NCBI GenBank assembly: GCA_963817895.1
Contig: CAWFQB010000003.1
Location: 512,001-576,000 of the forward strand
From: an uncultured Chthonomonadaceae bacterium
Lineage (GTDB): Bacteria; Armatimonadota; Chthonomonadetes; Chthonomonadales; Chthonomonadaceae
DNA: 64,000 nt
Direction: 5' to 3'
Of the stretch, positions 60,233-64,000 are shown piece by piece. The position numbers and the translations under genes are program-made. Under the pieces are notes generated by a model. It ran no database searches. It was not told where the DNA came from and was given only the letters and a program-made list of their open reading frames with translations. Position 1 is the first letter of the stretch, and each line of letters opens with the position of its first letter.

Positions 60233-60760
60233 ATGCCCGACAAGATTATACGCGAGATACCCCTGATTGCGCGGTACGCCCGTCAGAACGAGAACGAGGA
60301 TTGGCGGTTTCGCGCCCATTTGAAAGGGGAACTCGACCTGTCCAATGAGGAACTGGACGCGGTTGTAAAGGAGACGACGGATGAAGTATGGAAGCAGATT
60401 GACTGTACGGCCTGCGCCCATTGCTGCAAATCGCTGGAAATCGTTGTGGACAACAAAGACATCGGGCGGCTGGCAAAGCATTTCAATCTGACAGGGCGCG
60501 AGTTTACAAGCCGCTATGTTGCCGTCGCGGAAGACAAAACAAAGTATTTCAATGCGCTGCCGTGTCCGTTTTTGGGGCAGGACAATCGCTGCACGGTGTA
60601 TGAAATCCGCCCGGAAGCCTGCCGCGATTATCCCTATCTCTATGAAAAGCATTTTCGTTCCCGAACGATGAGCATGATCGAAAACACGGCGACCTGCCCG
60701 ATAGTATTCAATGTGTGGGACAGACTCAAACAGCAGTTCAAGCCGCGCCGACGCCGATAA
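60233..60760 (+). CDS. YkgJ/FliB-like cysteine-cluster protein
   Basis: CTACAHCC, PCPFL and CTVYEIRPEACRDYP; SD GGAGG. Confidence 0.9.
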   Translation: MPDKIIREIPLIARYARQNENEDWRFRAHLKGELDLSNEELDAVVKETTDEVWKQIDCTACAHCCKSLEIVVDNKDIGRLAKHFNLTGREFTSRYVAVAEDKTKYFNALPCPFLGQDNRCTVYEIRPEACRDYPYLYEKHFRSRTMSMIENTATCPIVFNVWDRLKQQFKPRRRR

Positions 60761-60862
60761 CGAGTTGATAGTTGAGAGTTGATAGGAGGGGCAGGGACTA
60801 CGAACTATCAGCGTTCCGCCGTTTAGTAAATCGGGCCGAATGTGAAAGTAGAGGTTTGTTGG

Positions 60863-61505
60863 ATGCCGACAATGGTGACAACGCCGGAGGAGTGTTTGCG
60901 CTACGTGGAGAGCGTTGGATTCTGCGCGTGGCGACACCAGCCTAAACTCGCATGGCTGCCGTCTCTGGAAATGGCGACACAATGGCGGGGCAGCGCGGTG
61001 ACGTATCAAACGTGGTTTTGGAAGGACGACCTGCATATCGAGCGACGCCTGTATTTCGGGATGCTGATGTCGTCGGGTATTCCCCTCTTCGTGTCGCTGA
61101 ATCTATTACCTGCCCTGATTGCCGCGCAGGGCGATATTGACGCGCGGACGCTGCACGAAAAGGGGTTGCTGGCGTCCAACGCGCTGAAAGTCTATGAACA
61201 TATCGAACGGGTTCGGACCGACCGCAACCCAATTGCTTCCCTGGCCGTCCGGCAGCCGGATGCTGTACATGGCGCATTTGCAGCAAAAGTTTCTGCTTGC
61301 CAAACACGACCTGACGGGCCGAACGCGGGGAACGTATGGCTATCGCTGGGACCTGTGCGAAAATATTTTTCCCGACAGCTTTCACAAAGCGGCGCAATTG
61401 GGCGTATTAGAGGCGCGCGAACAGGTTGTGTCGCACATCAACCAAAATGGGGCAGGACTGACATTGGAAGCCGCAGCGCGGCTATTTCGCTGGCAGCCTC
61501 AATGA
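60863..61505 (+). CDS. AlkZ-related winged-helix protein (frameshift near 61215)
   Basis: ECLRYVESVGF, LPSL, WFWKDDL..ERRLYFG and FVS motifs, continuing in ORF 61194. Confidence 0.6.
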
Positions 61506-61512
61506 AGGAGAG

Positions 61513-64000
61513 ATAAACACGCGACAGCCTGTAGATAAATCTGTTACCGCCGATGTTCTGTGGCGCGTCCGCCTGTTGGAGGGGCCGCTGCTGGAAGATT
61601 CCGGCGGGCAAATCGCGCGCCGTTTTCGGTCGCAGCGCGTCGGCGCGCTGCTGGCTTATCTTGCCCTGCGTCTGGGCCGTCCCTGTCCGCGCGAAGAGCT
61701 ATATGACGCGCTCTGGCCCGAAGAGTCCGATGCGCGCGTGATCGCCAATCGCCTGCGCGTCAGCCTCGCGTCCCTGCGTCGGCAACTGGAGCCGCCCGGT
61801 GTCGCATTCGGAACGGTTCTGGATGTCAGTGATACGGGGCGCATCCGCCTGCGCGCGGAAACTGTCTGGTGCGATGTCATTGCTATAGAGGCCGCAATGC
61901 AGGCAGGCCGCAAAACGGAAGCCGCGCGCCTGCTGACCGGAACGCTGTTGCCGGGTTACTATGACGAATGGGTACTGGCGGCGCGAGCGCGTTGGGAAGT
62001 CCTGCGCGAGGAATGGGAACCGTTGCGGCGTTCGGATGTCGAACCCGAACGGCCCTCTGTTCCAGCCATTCGGCAGGAGTTTGAAAGGCGTTTTGCTTCC
62101 CCGCTGCCCGCCTACCTCACGCGCTTTTTCGGCAGGGAGGCCGAACTCGAAGCGCTGTTCACTCTGCTTTGCGCCCATCGTTTGGTGACGCTGACCGGGC
62201 CGGGAGGCATGGGCAAAACCCGCCTTGCTGTGGAAGCCGTCCGGCGCTCCGATCTGCCTCCCGTCTGGGTTCCGCTTGCCGAAGGAACCGCGCCCGCCTT
62301 TGTTGCCGAAGCGATTTTACGCGCGCTCCACGTCACGCCCATGCTGGAACAGGACCTGGTGGAACAGATTATTGCGGTTCTCCTCCGGCGTGAACCCGTT
62401 CTGCTTCTCCTCGACAATGCGGAGCCTCTCGTGGAAACTGTTGCCGATGTCGCCGCGCGGCTGCTGCAAGCCGTTCCCGAACTTGTTATATTTGTTACCA
62501 GCAGGCAAGCCCTCAATGTGGTTGGCGAAAGCCTGCTGCCGCTCGGTTCTATGGAGATTCCCGCTTCGGACACCCCGCCGGAGAATTTCAATCACATTCC
62601 CGCCGTCGCGCTTCTGGTGGATCGCGCCCGCGGCGTTCGCCCGGATTTCATGTCTGCCCCGCGCCATGCCGCTCCCCTCCTGCATATTTGCCGCCTGCTC
62701 GAAGGCATGCCACTTGCCCTCGAACTCGCCGCCGCCCGTATGGTCGCGCAAACGCCCGCGCAAATCGCCGCGTCGCTCGAAGCGGACTTACTGCAATTGA
62801 AGTCACAGCAACACGGTTTTGCTGCCCGCCACCGTTCCCTGCGCGCCGCCATTCAGGGCAGCGCGGATTTGCTCGATGCGGAAACGCGCTTCTTGTTCGC
62901 CAACCTGTCAATCTTTCAGGGCGGATGGACATTGGAAGCGGTTCGCGCGGTGACGGACTGCGAACAGGCCGAGTCCCTGCTGTCCGACCTGACGCGCCGT
63001 TCCCTGACGCGATGGGTTGAAGACACGAAAACCGGAAGTTTGCGCGGCGCGTTTCTGGAGGCCATTCGCCAGTTTGCCGCCGAGCAGGTGACCCCGTCGC
63101 AGCGCGAAAACCTCGCCCGCCGCCATGCCGATTATTATTTGACGCTGGCCGGCGAAGTTTCGGAAGACGATGTGGACAGCCTGATCCCGCTGGATGCGGA
63201 ACAGGAAAATCTGCCGGCAGCTTTGGAAACCGGTTGGCGCGAACCGTCCGAACGGTTCTGGCCTGCCCTGCGCGGCGCATTGATTTACGCGCATGTGCGC
63301 GGCCTTCACCGGAGGTATCTGCCCTGGGCGGAACGCGCTCTCGCATCTGCCATCAACGCGCCCGACGCCGCCACGCGAACCCGGCTGCGTTTTGCCGCAT
63401 ACACCATCTTCTCGTATGTCGGGCAGTTGGGACGCCTTCGTCCCATTGGCGAAGAGATGCAGCGCGACGCCGATGTCAGCAACAGCCTTTTCGCGCAGGT
63501 ACACGCGCAGTTGATACATTGCTGGGTTTTGGGCGTTACGCGCGAGTTTCAAGCCTTTGCAATTCTCGCGCGACAGACGCTCGAAAAGGCGCGGCTTCTG
63601 GAGGACCAATCCGCTCTGCGCCGCGTCCTCCGCATCACCGGGTTTCTCCTGGGTGTCTACGGCACGGAAATTTCTCCACGCGACCCGGAAGCCGCCCTCG
63701 TGATATGGCAGCAGAGCGAATGGCTGCTCCGCGAATTCCTTGCCACCGCCCCAACCCGTTCCACGCATCTTCCCTATATCAAAAATTCCCTGGTATCCGC
63801 GCTCCGGGCGCAGGGACAGGAAGCCGAAGCCTACGCGATGCTCAAAGACGCGCAGCAAACCGCGCTGGCGCAGGAAAACTACTCCCTGCTCCTTTTCGCA
63901 TTTCGAGAGGAGGCGCGTTTCGTCTTCGCGCAGGGGCAATTCGCCTATGCCGCGCTTCTGTACGGAGCGTACTACGCCCTCAAGGAACGCAACGGATATA
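61513..64000 (+). CDS. Second AfsR/SARP (BTAD) + NB-ARC-type ATPase + TPR-like regulator (runs off the window, missing from the ORF track)
   Basis: Hand translation gives RFRSQRVGALLAYLA, REELYDALWP, LPGYYDEW, GPGGMGKTRLA, LLDNAE, LEGMPLALELAAAR and RHRSLRAAI. Start uncertain (ATA after AAGGAG). Confidence 0.88.
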   Translation, partial: MNTRQPVDKSVTADVLWRVRLLEGPLLEDSGGQIARRFRSQRVGALLAYLALRLGRPCPREELYDALWPEESDARVIANRLRVSLASLRRQLEPPGVAFGTVLDVSDTGRIRLRAETVWCDVIAIEAAMQAGRKTEAARLLTGTLLPGYYDEWVLAARARWEVLREEWEPLRRSDVEPERPSVPAIRQEFERRFASPLPAYLTRFFGREAELEALFTLLCAHRLVTLTGPGGMGKTRLAVEAVRRSDLPPVWVPLAEGTAPAFVAEAILRALHVTPMLEQDLVEQIIAVLLRREPVLLLLDNAEPLVETVADVAARLLQAVPELVIFVTSRQALNVVGESLLPLGSMEIPASDTPPENFNHIPAVALLVDRARGVRPDFMSAPRHAAPLLHICRLLEGMPLALELAAARMVAQTPAQIAASLEADLLQLKSQQHGFAARHRSLRAAIQGSADLLDAETRFLFANLSIFQGGWTLEAVRAVTDCEQAESLLSDLTRRSLTRWVEDTKTGSLRGAFLEAIRQFAAEQVTPSQRENLARRHADYYLTLAGEVSEDDVDSLIPLDAEQENLPAALETGWREPSERFWPALRGALIYAHVRGLHRRYLPWAERALASAINAPDAATRTRLRFAAYTIFSYVGQLGRLRPIGEEMQRDADVSNSLFAQVHAQLIHCWVLGVTREFQAFAILARQTLEKARLLEDQSALRRVLRITGFLLGVYGTEISPRDPEAALVIWQQSEWLLREFLATAPTRSTHLPYIKNSLVSALRAQGQEAEAYAMLKDAQQTALAQENYSLLLFAFREEARFVFAQGQFAYAALLYGAYYALKERNGY

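Overview
A 64-kb GC-rich bacterial chromosomal window. It is most likely Armatimonadota (Chthonomonadales-like); this is inferred from the PEP-CTERM tail style, the membrane-anchored ankyrin proteins, two BTAD/NB-ARC/TPR regulators and the PSD1/DUF1501 genes. Housekeeping and metabolic genes include rnc (5' end), pgi, a class I fumarase, a CbiX-type chelatase, a lactonase, a DPP-IV-like S9 peptidase and a Thg1-like protein. Accessory content includes a C30-type carotenoid cluster, a ROK-regulated PSD1-cytochrome/DUF1501 operon, defence genes (AIPR, DUF433/DUF5615), an IS701-family element, decayed Rpn and DUF1016 genes, and several orphan operons. Many indel frameshifts (dense at 5.3-10.7 kb, including pgi) look like long-read consensus errors. 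No rRNA, tRNA or CRISPR array was seen. The best novel candidates are four. (1) A probable type I toxin-antitoxin locus at about 10.0-10.35 kb: a short TM-plus-polybasic peptide with a sequestered RBS, faced by a perfect TTGACA-17-TATAAT antisense promoter that has no gene downstream. (2) An orphan three-gene operon at 28.6-33.1 kb whose first protein starts with an SMP/TULIP-like motif. (3) Purine-arm/pyrimidine-arm heptad tandem-repeat elements inserted in frame in several CDSs. (4) A set of TTA/TAA-flanked structured MITEs and REP doublets, some of which supply a stop codon or RBS.
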